Below are positions 28,079-37,910 of a stretch of 64,000 nucleotides of DNA, piece by piece. Source of the DNA: Chlorobiaceae bacterium (lineage in GTDB: Bacteria; Bacteroidota; Ignavibacteria; UBA10030; SZUA-254); NCBI GenBank assembly GCA_013824245.1, contig PNNN01000039.1, positions 75,250-139,249 of the forward strand, written 5' to 3'. Position 1 is the first letter of the stretch. Each line of letters starts with the position of its first letter. The position numbers and the translations under genes are program-made. The notes under the pieces were generated by a model. That model worked only from the letters and a program-made list of their open reading frames with translations. It made no database searches and was not told the origin of the DNA.

Positions 28079-28111
28079 TAAGAAAATGAAAACTATCGAA
28101 GTCTCTTAAAA
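28079..28111 (+). repeat. 33-bp direct repeat, copy 2
   Basis: taagaaaatgaaaactatcgaagtctcttaaaa. Confidence 0.85.
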
Positions 28112-28129
28112 GAAAATAGGGTTGATTTT

Positions 28130-28570
28130 ATGAAGTTACCTGAAAAAACAACACAAACCGATAAAACAAATATAACTGAAAGTACAAACGTGTTTCACTC
28201 GACATGTTTTTCGTGTGGACCAAAAGTTCCCCATGGTTTGCACTTAAATTTTCAACAAGATGGTAAATCCATAAGGTGTTCTACGGTGATAACCGATTCA
28301 TTTCAAAGTTACGAAGGAATCGTTCACGGCGGCATTATTACTACTATTATCGATGCTGCTCTGGTCAACTGCCTCCATAATATTTTTAATCAAGATCCAT
28401 TTACAGGCCGTCTCGATGTTCGCTTCCTTCACAGTATTCCTACTAATGTAAAGATTGATATTCAAGCACATTTTGTATCGAGGAGGAAAAATCTATGTGT
28501 AGGAGAAGCGATGATATATCGAGACAACCAGCTTCAAGTGCGAGCAGTTGGTACGTTTATGTTACGATAA
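28130..28570 (+). CDS. PaaI-family hotdog thioesterase
   Basis: CFSCG...HGLHLNF; GIVHGGIITTIID; VRFLHSIP. Confidence 0.85.
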   Translation: MKLPEKTTQTDKTNITESTNVFHSTCFSCGPKVPHGLHLNFQQDGKSIRCSTVITDSFQSYEGIVHGGIITTIIDAALVNCLHNIFNQDPFTGRLDVRFLHSIPTNVKIDIQAHFVSRRKNLCVGEAMIYRDNQLQVRAVGTFMLR

Positions 28571-28613
28571 ATAATTCACTTTAATATTAAAATATTTATA
28601 AGGAGATTTCTAT

Positions 28614-29282
28614 ATGGAACAAATCAATATTCATCAAGAAAATGTTGTAAATAGCTTTCCCCGGATCGGCTCACCGGCTCCGCAGTTTGAAGCTGTTACA
28701 ACACACGGTAACCTTAAGTTATCCGATTTTAAAGGCACATGGCTTATCATGTTTTCACACCCCGCCGATTTTACACCTGTCTGCACTACCGAGTTTCTTG
28801 CGTTTGCACAGATTCATCCGGAACTAAGAAAAATGAATTGCGAACTGCTTGGATTGAGTATCGATAGCGTGTACTCGCATATAGCATGGGCAAGAAATGT
28901 TGAGGAAAAATTTAATCAAAAAATAACTTTTCCAATCATTGCCGATTTGAATAAAGAGGTTGCAACGTTGTACGGCATGATTATGCCGGGCGAAAGCAAA
29001 ACGGAAACATCGCGTTGTGTTTTTGTTATCGACGACAAACAAATGATCCGTGCAATTATATACTATCCGCTTACAACAGGAAGAAACATGGATGAAATAT
29101 TACGCCTCATGCAGGCGCTGCAAACCACGGATAAGCACGGTGTTGCAACACCAGCAAATTGGAGACCGGGTGATCAGGTAATTGTTCCGCCACCCAAAAC
29201 TCAAGAAATGGCGGAAGAAAGAGTAAGAGATAAAACAGCATCGTGTAAAGACTGGTATTTCTGTAAGAAAGATTTAAAGTAA
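28614..29282 (+). CDS. Peroxiredoxin (Prx6/archaeal-bacterial type with C-terminal CxDWYFC)
   Basis: FSHPADFTPVCTTEF; GRNMDEILR; TPANWRPGD; CKDWYFC. Confidence 0.93.
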   Translation: MEQINIHQENVVNSFPRIGSPAPQFEAVTTHGNLKLSDFKGTWLIMFSHPADFTPVCTTEFLAFAQIHPELRKMNCELLGLSIDSVYSHIAWARNVEEKFNQKITFPIIADLNKEVATLYGMIMPGESKTETSRCVFVIDDKQMIRAIIYYPLTTGRNMDEILRLMQALQTTDKHGVATPANWRPGDQVIVPPPKTQEMAEERVRDKTASCKDWYFCKKDLK

Positions 29283-29294
29283 AGGCAAAAAACA

Positions 29295-29510
29295 ATGGCG
29301 TGTGTAAATCCTGACGGAACACTTTCTCCTTCGGCAAAAGGAGTACTCGCGATTCTTAATCAAGCATTAACAGCGGAAGATGTATCTGCAAAATTGAATC
29401 AACCGTTGTTCAAGGTGAGAGCAAGCTTGCGAGAGATGACAGATGCCGGGTTAATAAAATCTGAAGGCGACAAATACATTATCACTGAAATTGGGAGAGG
29501 TAAACTTTAA
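29295..29510 (+). CDS. Small winged-HTH protein (MACVNPDG N-terminus)
   Basis: LTAEDVSAKLNQPLFKVRASLREMTDAGLI...YIITEIG wHTH pattern; 12 bp after the Prx stop. Confidence 0.7.
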   Translation: MACVNPDGTLSPSAKGVLAILNQALTAEDVSAKLNQPLFKVRASLREMTDAGLIKSEGDKYIITEIGRGKL

Positions 29511-29615
29511 CAGATCTCCCAAATTTATCTCATGGCGATCCAACTATTATCCTCTGCTATGAGATGCAAGAATTTGTTTCGCCCTCTTTGCCAATGGACA
29601 TTCTTTCAATGAAAT

Positions 29616-29666
29616 TTGACATTCAAAGTCTATCTTCATATATTTGTTATGAGCATATGCTCATAA
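29616..29666 (+). promoter_or_regulatory. sigma70 promoter plus a perfect 20-bp operator for the DUF134 operon
   Basis: TTGACA (29616-21), 17 bp, TATATT (29639-44); TTATGAGCAT-ATGCTCATAA at 29647-29666. Confidence 0.8.
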
Positions 29667-29697
29667 TGATAAAGATTCAAATATTAAAGAGTTAGCA

Positions 29698-30108
29698 TTG
29701 GCAAGACCACATAAATGTCGACATGTTCAGATTATTCCAGGGGTTGCTTACTTCAAACCTCGCGGAATACCTATGTCTTCTTTGGAAGAGGTAAAGTTGA
29801 CAGTTGATGAATTCGAAGCCCTTCGTCTTGCCGATTTTGAAGCTCTCTCTCATGAACAAGCCGCTGAAAATATGAAAATATCACGTGCAACATTCGGACG
29901 TATTATCGAAAAAGCGCGTCATACGGTTGTCGATGCATTGCTGAACGGTAAGGCAGTTCTTATCGAAGGCGGTAATTATCGTACCGGGGAATTTCGTGAG
30001 TTTCATTGCAGGAAATGTAACCGAAAGTGGTCCTTAACAACTTTTACCAAGAATAATGAGAACTGCCCACACTGCAAACAAATAGGGGAGCCATTATGTA
30101 CACAATAA
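29698..30108 (+). CDS. DUF134 family HTH protein with C-terminal zinc ribbon
   Basis: MARPHKCR; YFKPRG; DEFEALRLADFE; AAENMKISRATFGRI; CRKC...CPHC. Confidence 0.9.
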   Translation: MARPHKCRHVQIIPGVAYFKPRGIPMSSLEEVKLTVDEFEALRLADFEALSHEQAAENMKISRATFGRIIEKARHTVVDALLNGKAVLIEGGNYRTGEFREFHCRKCNRKWSLTTFTKNNENCPHCKQIGEPLCTQ

Positions 30109-30938
30109 TTTTAAAAGTGATTTCCGAAACCATAAAAATATCACTTCTCGTTGTTGTGATGATGATTGTGGTAGATGTTGTAAATGTTTGGACAAGAGGA
30201 AAAATTGGAAAATTTCTGAAGCATGGTAAACAGTTCCGACAATATATCACATCCTCCCTTATCGGAACAATACCTGGTTGTATAGGCGGGTTTACGAACG
30301 TTTCACTTTATATACACGGCATGATAAGTTTTGGTGCGCTGGTGGGAGCGATGGCGGCTGTCTCCGGAGATGAAGCATTTGTCATGCTTGCGATGTTCCC
30401 CAAAACTGCGATTTTATTATTTGCAATTCTATTTATAATCGGAATAATAATCGGTTGGATAACGGATTGGGCGGTAAAGAAATGGCACATCCCTACGTGT
30501 AAAGATTGCCAATCAGAACTGATTCACCCCGACCATAAAGGTATTAAGCATTATATCAAAGAACACATTTGGAAACATATAGTTAAACGACATCTTTTAA
30601 AAACCGCCCTCTGGACTTTCGGCGCTCTTCTCATCGTCGAAATTGGATTACACTTTTGGAATCTTGAAACGCTCATACCACGATATACATTACTTCTTTT
30701 ATTCGTAAGCGCATTTATTGGCTTGATCCCCGAATCAGGTCCCCATCTGATTTTTATTACTTTGTTTGCGAATGGATTAATTCCTTTTTCAGTTCTTTTA
30801 ACAAGCTCAATCGTACAAGATGGACACGGGATGCTGCCGATGTTAGCATATTCGGTGAAAGATTCATTGCTAATTAAAGGTTTCAATATGTTATTCGGGT
30901 TAACTATTGGACTAATTGTATATTCACTCGGATGGTGA
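30096..30938 (+). CDS. Putative manganese/arsenic-type membrane permease
   Basis: GTIPGCIGGF; SGDEAFVML; GLIPESGPH; QDGHGMLP. Confidence 0.75.
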   Translation: MYTIILKVISETIKISLLVVVMMIVVDVVNVWTRGKIGKFLKHGKQFRQYITSSLIGTIPGCIGGFTNVSLYIHGMISFGALVGAMAAVSGDEAFVMLAMFPKTAILLFAILFIIGIIIGWITDWAVKKWHIPTCKDCQSELIHPDHKGIKHYIKEHIWKHIVKRHLLKTALWTFGALLIVEIGLHFWNLETLIPRYTLLLLFVSAFIGLIPESGPHLIFITLFANGLIPFSVLLTSSIVQDGHGMLPMLAYSVKDSLLIKGFNMLFGLTIGLIVYSLGW

Positions 30939-31068
30939 TTTTGATGGATGACAGATGCTGGTTTTATAGAAACAGAAAAAGATTATCTACGTTCTTTAGT
31001 ATCGTTAGAAGGAATATACTTGCTTATTAATTAATCGGTAGACGCGATTTTAAACTGAAATAAATTTT

Positions 31069-31899
31069 ATGGACCAACTAGACAAACAAAAAGCTTTTGA
31101 AGAAGAAACAAAAAGAATCTCAGAAACTGTTTCCAAAATAAAACATCGCATCGCTGTCTTTAGTGGTAAGGGTGGCGTTGGAAAAACTACTGTTAGCGTT
31201 AATCTAGCTTATGCTTTCCACATGAATGGATTCTCGATCGGAATTCTTGATGCTGATATTACAGGTCCAAATGTGCCTAAAATGCTTGGAGTGGACGGTA
31301 AACCAATAGTATTGAGTAATAAATTTCTCCCCTTTGAAAAGTTCGGCGTAAAAATGATTTCAATAGCTTCGTTAATTCAATCTGGTCAGCCCGTCATTTG
31401 GCGCGGACCGATGCGCTCGAAAGTGATTAATCAATTTCTTGCCGATGTCGATTGGGGAGAACTTGATTATATGATTGCCGATCTCCCTCCTGGAACCGGC
31501 GATGAAATATTAACAATTGCACAACAGATGAAGCCGGATTATGCCGTAGTGGTAACAACACCGCAGGAAGTCTCTGTCCTCGATGCTGAGAGAGCAATCA
31601 ACATGGCAAGGAAACTTGATATTCCGTTTGTCGGCGTGGTTGAAAATATGTCGGGATTTATTTGTCCGCATTGCGGCGCAGTTCTTAACATTTTTGGCGA
31701 AGGCGGCGGAAAAAAATTAGCCGACGATTGCGGCGTTCCTTTTCTCGGCTCAGTCCCTATTGATATGGATGCAAGGATTCTTGGTGATAAAGGCAAACCT
31801 ATTGTTCTTGAAAAACCAAACTGCGAAGTAACAAACGCTTTTAAATCTATTTCGAATTTGATTCAAGAACATTATCAAAAAGAATCACAAGCAAAGTGA
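31069..31899 (+). CDS. mrp: Mrp/NBP35 (ApbC) Fe-S scaffold ATPase
   Basis: SGKGGVGKTT; LDADITGP; VIWRGP; DLPPGTGD; ENMSGFICPHC. Confidence 0.92.
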   Translation: MDQLDKQKAFEEETKRISETVSKIKHRIAVFSGKGGVGKTTVSVNLAYAFHMNGFSIGILDADITGPNVPKMLGVDGKPIVLSNKFLPFEKFGVKMISIASLIQSGQPVIWRGPMRSKVINQFLADVDWGELDYMIADLPPGTGDEILTIAQQMKPDYAVVVTTPQEVSVLDAERAINMARKLDIPFVGVVENMSGFICPHCGAVLNIFGEGGGKKLADDCGVPFLGSVPIDMDARILGDKGKPIVLEKPNCEVTNAFKSISNLIQEHYQKESQAK

Positions 31900-31943
31900 T
31901 TGAATTAACAAAAAACTTCGGCAATAAAAAATATGAGACTCAC

Positions 31944-33299
31944 ATGTTAAACAAAATATTAATTGCTCTTTTTCTAGGCAGTGTTACACTGTTTGGTCAA
32001 TCTCATAAAGATTTGATTCAAGGACCTTTTGCGACTCCACAAGACGTAACAAAAACGTGCTTAACCTGTCACGAATCTTCCGCACAACAAATAATTAAAA
32101 CCAGTCATTGGACCTGGATGGATGAAAAATATGAGGATAGCCGACACAATGTAAAACAGTTTGGCAAAAAGAACTTTATAAATAATTTCTGCCTTGCCGT
32201 TACGTCCAACTATCCACGATGCACAAGTTGTCATGTTGGATATGGATGGAAGGATGTCACATTCGATTTTACTAAAGAAGAAAATGTTGATTGTTTGGTG
32301 TGCCACGATCAATCCGGAACATACAAAAAAAATCCAACCGGAGCCGGAATGCCGGAAAAAAATGTTGATCTCCTAATCTCTGCACAAAGTGTTGGGAAAC
32401 CGACAAGAAAGAATTGCGGAATGTGCCATTTTGATGGCGGTGGCGGAACCGGAGTGAAACATGGCGATATGGATGATAGTTTATATGATCCCAAACCGGA
32501 GACAGATATTCATATGGGTAAACTTGGATATCATTGCACAGAATGTCATAAAACTAACGAACACAAAATTATGGGTGCGAGTCACGGCTCAATGGCTGCG
32601 AATGCAAACCATATTTACTGCACGGATTGCCACAAAGATGCGATCCATAAAAACGAAACTCTGAATAAACACATAGCATCGATTGCTTGTGAAACTTGTC
32701 ATATTCCAGAATTTGCGCGGGTTGAACCAACAAAGGTTTGGTGGGATTGGTCGAAAGCCGGCGAAGACAGACCGGAATCCAAAGATGAATTTGGCAGAGA
32801 AACCTACAATAAAATGAAGGGTGAATTTAAATGGGCAAAGAGCGTTATACCCACATATAAATGGTATAACGGCAGCGCTTTATATTATTCAGCGGGAGAT
32901 AAGATTGAGCCGACAAAAATTGTTCTGCTCAATACACTCAACGGCGATATTAAAGACCCCCAAGCTAAAATTTCACCGTTCAAAGTTATGCGCGGCAGTC
33001 AAATCTATGATTCTCAAAACAATTATTTGGTTGTGCCTAAACTTTTTGGCGAAGGCGGGTACTGGAAAAATTATGATTGGAATTTAGCTTCGCAACTTGG
33101 TATGAAAGAATTGAGTTTACCTTATTCGGGAAGTTATTCATTTATCGAAACGGAAATGTACTGGCCAATCAACCATATGGTAGCGCCCAAAGAAAAAGCT
33201 TTGAAGTGTAATTCTTGCCATAGCAAAGAAGGGCGATTAAACTGGAAAGCTTTAGGTTATTCCGGTGATCCTATGAAAGTTAAAGGAAGAAAATTTTAA
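31944..33299 (+). CDS. otr: Octaheme tetrathionate reductase family cytochrome c
   Basis: 8 CXXCH (CLTCH, CTSCH, CLVCH, CGMCH, CTECH, CTDCH, CETCH, CNSCH); HWTW; GKKNFINNFC; KHGDMD; WPINHMVAPKE. Alternative GTG start at 31896. Confidence 0.9.
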   Translation: MLNKILIALFLGSVTLFGQSHKDLIQGPFATPQDVTKTCLTCHESSAQQIIKTSHWTWMDEKYEDSRHNVKQFGKKNFINNFCLAVTSNYPRCTSCHVGYGWKDVTFDFTKEENVDCLVCHDQSGTYKKNPTGAGMPEKNVDLLISAQSVGKPTRKNCGMCHFDGGGGTGVKHGDMDDSLYDPKPETDIHMGKLGYHCTECHKTNEHKIMGASHGSMAANANHIYCTDCHKDAIHKNETLNKHIASIACETCHIPEFARVEPTKVWWDWSKAGEDRPESKDEFGRETYNKMKGEFKWAKSVIPTYKWYNGSALYYSAGDKIEPTKIVLLNTLNGDIKDPQAKISPFKVMRGSQIYDSQNNYLVVPKLFGEGGYWKNYDWNLASQLGMKELSLPYSGSYSFIETEMYWPINHMVAPKEKALKCNSCHSKEGRLNWKALGYSGDPMKVKGRKF

Positions 33300-33311
33300 T
33301 AAGGTATAATT

Positions 33312-33758
33312 ATGAATAACAAAGTAAAAATCGGAATCATCATTTGCGACAGATATAAAAGCTGTGCAGGTGGTAAATGTTTTAGAGCCGTGAAAGAAAG
33401 AGCAGGCGCGTTTGATGTTTATAAAGACAAAGACGTTGAACTTGTTGGCTACACAACTTGCGGCGGCTGTCCGGGTGGTAATATTGAATATGCGCCGGAA
33501 GAATTGAAGAAAAACGGCGCGGAGGTAATTCACCTTGCAACCGGGATGGTAGTTGGATATCCTCCTTGTCCTTACATTGCGGATTTTAAAAATTTTATTG
33601 AAACAAAGTACAAATTAAAAGTAGTGGTTGGCACGCATCCGATTCCGGAGAAATACTATTTAGCACATTCTGAGATGAACACATGGACAACAACAGAATG
33701 GCGGGAATTAATTAATCCGACTCTTAAAGATAAAGAAGTAAGATTGGCTTATGATTAG
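33312..33758 (+). CDS. CGGC-domain putative metal-binding protein
   Basis: IIICDR..CAGGKCF; TTCGGCPG; PPCP; VVGTH. Confidence 0.9.
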   Translation: MNNKVKIGIIICDRYKSCAGGKCFRAVKERAGAFDVYKDKDVELVGYTTCGGCPGGNIEYAPEELKKNGAEVIHLATGMVVGYPPCPYIADFKNFIETKYKLKVVVGTHPIPEKYYLAHSEMNTWTTTEWRELINPTLKDKEVRLAYD

Positions 33759-33791
33759 TCGTTGTAAAATTAATTCAAGGGCGAGAGAAGT

Positions 33792-34730
33792 ATGATTGTG
33801 TTCGGACCTATCCCATCGCGCAGATTAGGCAGATCCTTAGGCGTCAACAATATTCCGCCGAAGGTTTGCAGCTATTCATGTATTTACTGTCAGGTTGGGG
33901 CAACCGATTCTATGACAATGAAAAGAAAAGAATTTTTCTCGCCGGATGAAATTTACAATGAAGTATCGGAGAAGATTAGCCAAATAGAAAAAGCCGGAGA
34001 GAGAATTGATTATATAACTTTTGTTCCCGATGGTGAACCAACTCTCGATATAAATCTTGGCAAAGCAATAGAATTGTTAAAGCCATTCGGAATAAAAATC
34101 GCAGTTATAACTAATTCATCTTTGCTTTGGGATAAAGAAGTTAGAAACGATTTGATGAAAGCTGATTGGGTTTCGATAAAAACTGATTCCGTTTATGAAA
34201 ACATCTGGCGTAAAATCAACAAACCTCACGGTTTACTCGAGCTTCAAAAAATAATCACCGGAATCAAAGAATTCGCTTCTTCTTTCAAAGGATTGTTGGT
34301 AACTGAAACAATGCTTGTGAAGGGTGTCAACGATAACAAAGAATCCCTCAGTGAAACTGCTCAAATGATAAGCAAAATAAAACCGCATAAATCTTATATC
34401 TTAGCACCTACCCGCCCACCGACCGAAAATTCAGTTGAAGAGCCGTCGGAAGAAATTATGAACATGGCTTATCAAATTTTCAGCAGTTTAATAAACAATG
34501 TAGAACTTATTGCTTCTAACGAAGGAACGGACTTCAGCTACTCTTCCGATGCCGCAAAAGAATTAACGAGTATTCTTGCAGTTCATCCAATGCGTAAAGA
34601 TGCTGTCGAAACGTTTTTATCAAAATCAAATTCTACTTGGGATTTGATTAACAATTTAATTAACCAAAACGTATTACGAGTTGTTGAATACTCTGGTAAT
34701 ACATATATCATAAAAAATATAAGGAGATAA
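33792..34730 (+). CDS. Radical SAM protein (COG0731-like)
   Basis: FGPIPSRRLGRSLGVN; CSYSCIYC; DGEPTL; ETMLVKGVND. Confidence 0.88.
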   Translation: MIVFGPIPSRRLGRSLGVNNIPPKVCSYSCIYCQVGATDSMTMKRKEFFSPDEIYNEVSEKISQIEKAGERIDYITFVPDGEPTLDINLGKAIELLKPFGIKIAVITNSSLLWDKEVRNDLMKADWVSIKTDSVYENIWRKINKPHGLLELQKIITGIKEFASSFKGLLVTETMLVKGVNDNKESLSETAQMISKIKPHKSYILAPTRPPTENSVEEPSEEIMNMAYQIFSSLINNVELIASNEGTDFSYSSDAAKELTSILAVHPMRKDAVETFLSKSNSTWDLINNLINQNVLRVVEYSGNTYIIKNIRR

Positions 34731-34734
34731 AACA

Positions 34735-34977
34735 ATGCCTAACTTAGATAGAACAGGACCCAACAATCAAGGACCTATGACCGGTAGAAAAAGAGGTCGC
34801 TGCCGCGATACAGAATCGGTTCAAAATGTCAAAACTGAAAGCCAGTCCAAAGAAACGAATGAAGTTATTTACGGAGTTGGTCGCGGCGGAAGACCGCGTG
34901 GCGGCGGAAAAGGAAACTGCTATGGCGGCGGACAAGGCCAAGGCAGAGGACGCGGACGAGGTCTCGGAAACAAATAA
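34735..34977 (+). CDS. DUF5320-like Gly/Arg-rich small protein
   Basis: MPNLDRTGP...GPMTGR..GRC; GRGGRPRGGGKGNCYGGGQGQGRGRGRG. Confidence 0.75.
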   Translation: MPNLDRTGPNNQGPMTGRKRGRCRDTESVQNVKTESQSKETNEVIYGVGRGGRPRGGGKGNCYGGGQGQGRGRGRGLGNK

Positions 34978-35026
34978 ATAAATAATGAGAAATTTCTAAA
35001 GTATTAAGGAATAAAATCTCACGTAG

Positions 35027-35190
35027 AAGTCGCCCGCCTGTAAAAGAACTTGTTCAACGGGCGGGCAACGACCTCGAAGGTAAGAAAAAAAACAAATGGC
35101 GAACGTTGCGTCCTTGGCGCCTTTGGGACGAGAAACCATTTTTCAGATGTTTCTGATGAATGAAATAAATTCCCCTATGCGGGGAAGTAA
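35027..35190. repeat. Intergenic cluster of short palindromes
   Basis: gtcgcccgcctg...cgggcgggcaacgac; ttgcgtccttggcgcctttg (19452 family); ttcccctatgcggggaa. Confidence 0.5.
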
Positions 35191-35224
35191 ACCATTATAA
35201 ATTTAACAATAAAGGAAAATAATA

Positions 35225-35611
35225 ATGAATCGAAGATTAGCAGTAGCAATCGAAGAAAACGGCACCCAAGAATTAGTTGCTCAACATTTTGGAAGATGTT
35301 CAAAATTCAACGTGTGTGAAATTGATGAAAATAAAAATATTTTGAAGAAAGAAACATTTGCTAACCCGTTGATCGGTGAACACGGGGGCGCTTGTCAATT
35401 ACCGGGTTACGTGAAGCAATTAAATGTGAATACAATCATTGCAGGTGGAATGGGACAAAAAGCTGTTTCCAATTTTTTATCGTTCGGTATTGATGTAATC
35501 ACTGCTCCCGGACTTCAATATGAAGAAGCGGTTAAGCGTTTCATTCAAGGAGAACTGGTTGGTTATGATGCTTGCAAGCACAATCATGATGACGGACATA
35601 ATTGCCATTAG
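35225..35611 (+). CDS. NifB/NifX family FeMo-cofactor-binding-domain protein
   Basis: VAQHFGRCSKF; IIAGGMG; His-rich C-terminus CKHNHDDGHNCH. Confidence 0.88.
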   Translation: MNRRLAVAIEENGTQELVAQHFGRCSKFNVCEIDENKNILKKETFANPLIGEHGGACQLPGYVKQLNVNTIIAGGMGQKAVSNFLSFGIDVITAPGLQYEEAVKRFIQGELVGYDACKHNHDDGHNCH

Positions 35612-35620
35612 AGATTTACT

Positions 35621-36478
35621 GTGATAATTTCTGTTGCCTCCGGAAAAGGAGGAACCGGCAAAACAACCGTTGCAACTTGTCTTGCGGCAGCAATTGAAAA
35701 TGCTGTGTATATGGATTGCGATGTTGAAGAACCGAACGGACATATTTTATTGCATCCTGAATTTTATTCGAAAACCCCTTCACAGAAAATGCTGCCGAAA
35801 ATTGATTATGTCAAGTGCACGTTCTGCGGCAAATGCGTGGAGGTTTGTGAGTACAACGCGTTGATCAATTTGAAAACAGAAATTATGCTCTTTGACGGAA
35901 TGTGTCATGGCTGCGGTGCATGTACATATTTTTGTCCTGAGAAGGCAATCACGGAAGTTGCAAAAACGATTGGCTATGTGCGCGAGGGCGCTTCAAGAAT
36001 CAATAATATTCAATTTTATGATGGGGTATTAAATATAGGCGAAGAAATGGCTGCTCCATTAATAAAAAGTGTGAAAGCAAAAATAGATATTGATAAAACA
36101 ACTATCATTGATTCACCGCCGGGCACATCCTGTTCGATGGTGGAATCTGTCAAGGATTCCGATTTCTGTATTCTCGTTACTGAATCCACTCCGTTTGGAC
36201 TGCATGATTTACAACTTGCGATCGAGGTATTAAAAATCATCGACATGCCGTATGGAGTTGTGATTAATAAATATGATAAGTCGTTTGTGGAAATGGAAGA
36301 TTACTTTGATCGTAATGGGATTGAAGTTCTCCTTAAAATCCCATTCGATAGAAAAATTGCAGAATCGTATTCTAAAGGTATTCTTCCGATTATTAATTTC
36401 CCTGAATTTAAAAATGAATTCGTTTTGCTTTATAATAGAATCAAAGAAAAGCTTGAAATGGAAAATGTAGATGCATGA
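35621..36478 (+). CDS. MinD-superfamily P-loop ATPase with inserted 2x[4Fe-4S] ferredoxin (COG1149), paralog A
   Basis: SGKGGTGKTT; DCDVEEPN; CTFCGKCVEVC; CHGCGACTYFCP; DSPPGTSC; EVLLKIPFD. Confidence 0.9.
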   Translation: MIISVASGKGGTGKTTVATCLAAAIENAVYMDCDVEEPNGHILLHPEFYSKTPSQKMLPKIDYVKCTFCGKCVEVCEYNALINLKTEIMLFDGMCHGCGACTYFCPEKAITEVAKTIGYVREGASRINNIQFYDGVLNIGEEMAAPLIKSVKAKIDIDKTTIIDSPPGTSCSMVESVKDSDFCILVTESTPFGLHDLQLAIEVLKIIDMPYGVVINKYDKSFVEMEDYFDRNGIEVLLKIPFDRKIAESYSKGILPIINFPEFKNEFVLLYNRIKEKLEMENVDA

Positions 36479-37313
36479 CAAATCTTACATGCAAATAACG
36501 GTGTTAAGCGGGAAGGGCGGAACAGGTAAAACAACCTTTACTGCTTCGTTTGCCAAGCTTTTACAAAAAAAAGTAGTAATCGACTGCGATGTTGATGCCG
36601 CAAATTTGCATCTGCTTCTTAATCCGGAGATAATAATGGAAAAGGAATATTACGGAGGCAGGAAAGCGGAAATTGATTTGTTAAAATGTACCGATTGCGG
36701 GTTGTGTGAAAATCTGTGCAGATTTCAAGCTATCAAAGAATTGAAGGTAGATCCTATTAGCTGCGAAGGGTGCGGTTTGTGTGTTAGAGCGTGTCCCGAA
36801 AATGCAATTTCATTTGAACTAAAAAAAAGCGGAGTTTATTTTAGAGGCAACCTCGAAGATAAATCAGAATTTTATTACGCAAAACTTTTCCCGGGAGAGG
36901 GAAACTCCGGCAAACTTGTTAGCGAGATAAAGAAGGAAGCGACCGGTTTTATTACTGAGGAAACAGAATGGATTTTAGTTGATGGACCTCCGGGAATCGG
37001 ATGTCCGGTAAATGCAAGTTTAGCAGGAACAGATTACGTTGTATTGGTTACAGAGCCAACTCTTGCCGGTTTACACGATTTAAAGAGATTGATTGATCTG
37101 TTAAACACGTTCAAATATCGTTACGGAATAATTGTCAATAAGTATGATCTAAATGAAGATATAACAAAAGAAATAATCGATATCACGGAAAAAACCGACA
37201 CAGCTTTACTCGGGCTTATGCCATTTCATGAAGATTTTGTACATTCACTTCAGCAGGGTAAAACCATAGTTGAATATAACCCGGCAAAGTGGCGCCGGAC
37301 CGAAAGCGGCTGA
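36471..37313 (+). CDS. COG1149 ATPase paralog B with its native C-terminus replaced (deletion junction at 37284/37285)
   Basis: SGKGGTGKTT; DCDVDAANL; CTDCGLCENLC; CEGCGLCVRACP; DGPPGIGCP; after ...IVEYNP the DNA switches to nifX-like sequence. Confidence 0.85.
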   Translation: MHDKSYMQITVLSGKGGTGKTTFTASFAKLLQKKVVIDCDVDAANLHLLLNPEIIMEKEYYGGRKAEIDLLKCTDCGLCENLCRFQAIKELKVDPISCEGCGLCVRACPENAISFELKKSGVYFRGNLEDKSEFYYAKLFPGEGNSGKLVSEIKKEATGFITEETEWILVDGPPGIGCPVNASLAGTDYVVLVTEPTLAGLHDLKRLIDLLNTFKYRYGIIVNKYDLNEDITKEIIDITEKTDTALLGLMPFHEDFVHSLQQGKTIVEYNPAKWRRTESG

Positions 37314-37476
37314 ACTTATAATCAATAAAGGTGCGCAAGTATTGTTAACAGGTCATGTTGGCGATAAAGCAGAAGATGTGCTAAAAAAAGGCAACATTAA
37401 AATTGTAACCGGGCTTAATGGCAATATGAAAGTTAATGAAGCCCTTAATCTTTATCTTAACTCTAAGCTCAGTTAA
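37285..37476 (+). pseudogene. 3' half of a NifB/NifX-family gene
   Basis: Near-identical to 38267 onward ([31 protein letters not shown]); the 5' half is missing. Confidence 0.8.
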
Positions 37477-37490
37477 AATTTATTTATTGT

Positions 37491-37910
37491 ATGGAAGAAA
37501 CAGAATATCATCCGTTTAATATACTTCAAAACATAGGTTACTCGAAGAAAGCATCTCTTCTTCTCGACCAGCAATTGAACTTCGGTAGAATGGAAAAACC
37601 CGATATCACAATTAGGCATCAATCGGATTGCGGCGATCTATTGATTCTCTATTTGAAAATTGATAAAGAAAATATCCTTAACGCGCAATATGAATATATC
37701 GGATGCAGAGGATTACAGGCGGCGGCATCTGCTTTAACTGAATTAATTAAAGGAAAAACTTTTAACGAAGCATCTAAAATCGAATTTCAAGATATACTGA
37801 ATTTTCTAGAAGGAGTTCCTGAAGCAAAATATGAGTGTATCCATCTGGCACTTAATACGTTGGGGGAAGGAATGAAAAATTATTACGAAAAAGGTGGATA
37901 CTACAAATAA
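37491..37910 (+). CDS. NifU/IscU N-terminal-domain scaffold protein
   Basis: NFGRME; SDCGD; YIGC; ECIHLA (three conserved Cys). Confidence 0.82.
   Translation: MEETEYHPFNILQNIGYSKKASLLLDQQLNFGRMEKPDITIRHQSDCGDLLILYLKIDKENILNAQYEYIGCRGLQAAASALTELIKGKTFNEASKIEFQDILNFLEGVPEAKYECIHLALNTLGEGMKNYYEKGGYYK

Noticed and set aside
29520-29570. Fluoride or Mn riboswitch before the DUF134 operon
   Set aside because: Only an ATCTCATGGC/GCTATGAGAT stem, upstream of the promoter, and lacking the consensus nucleotides.
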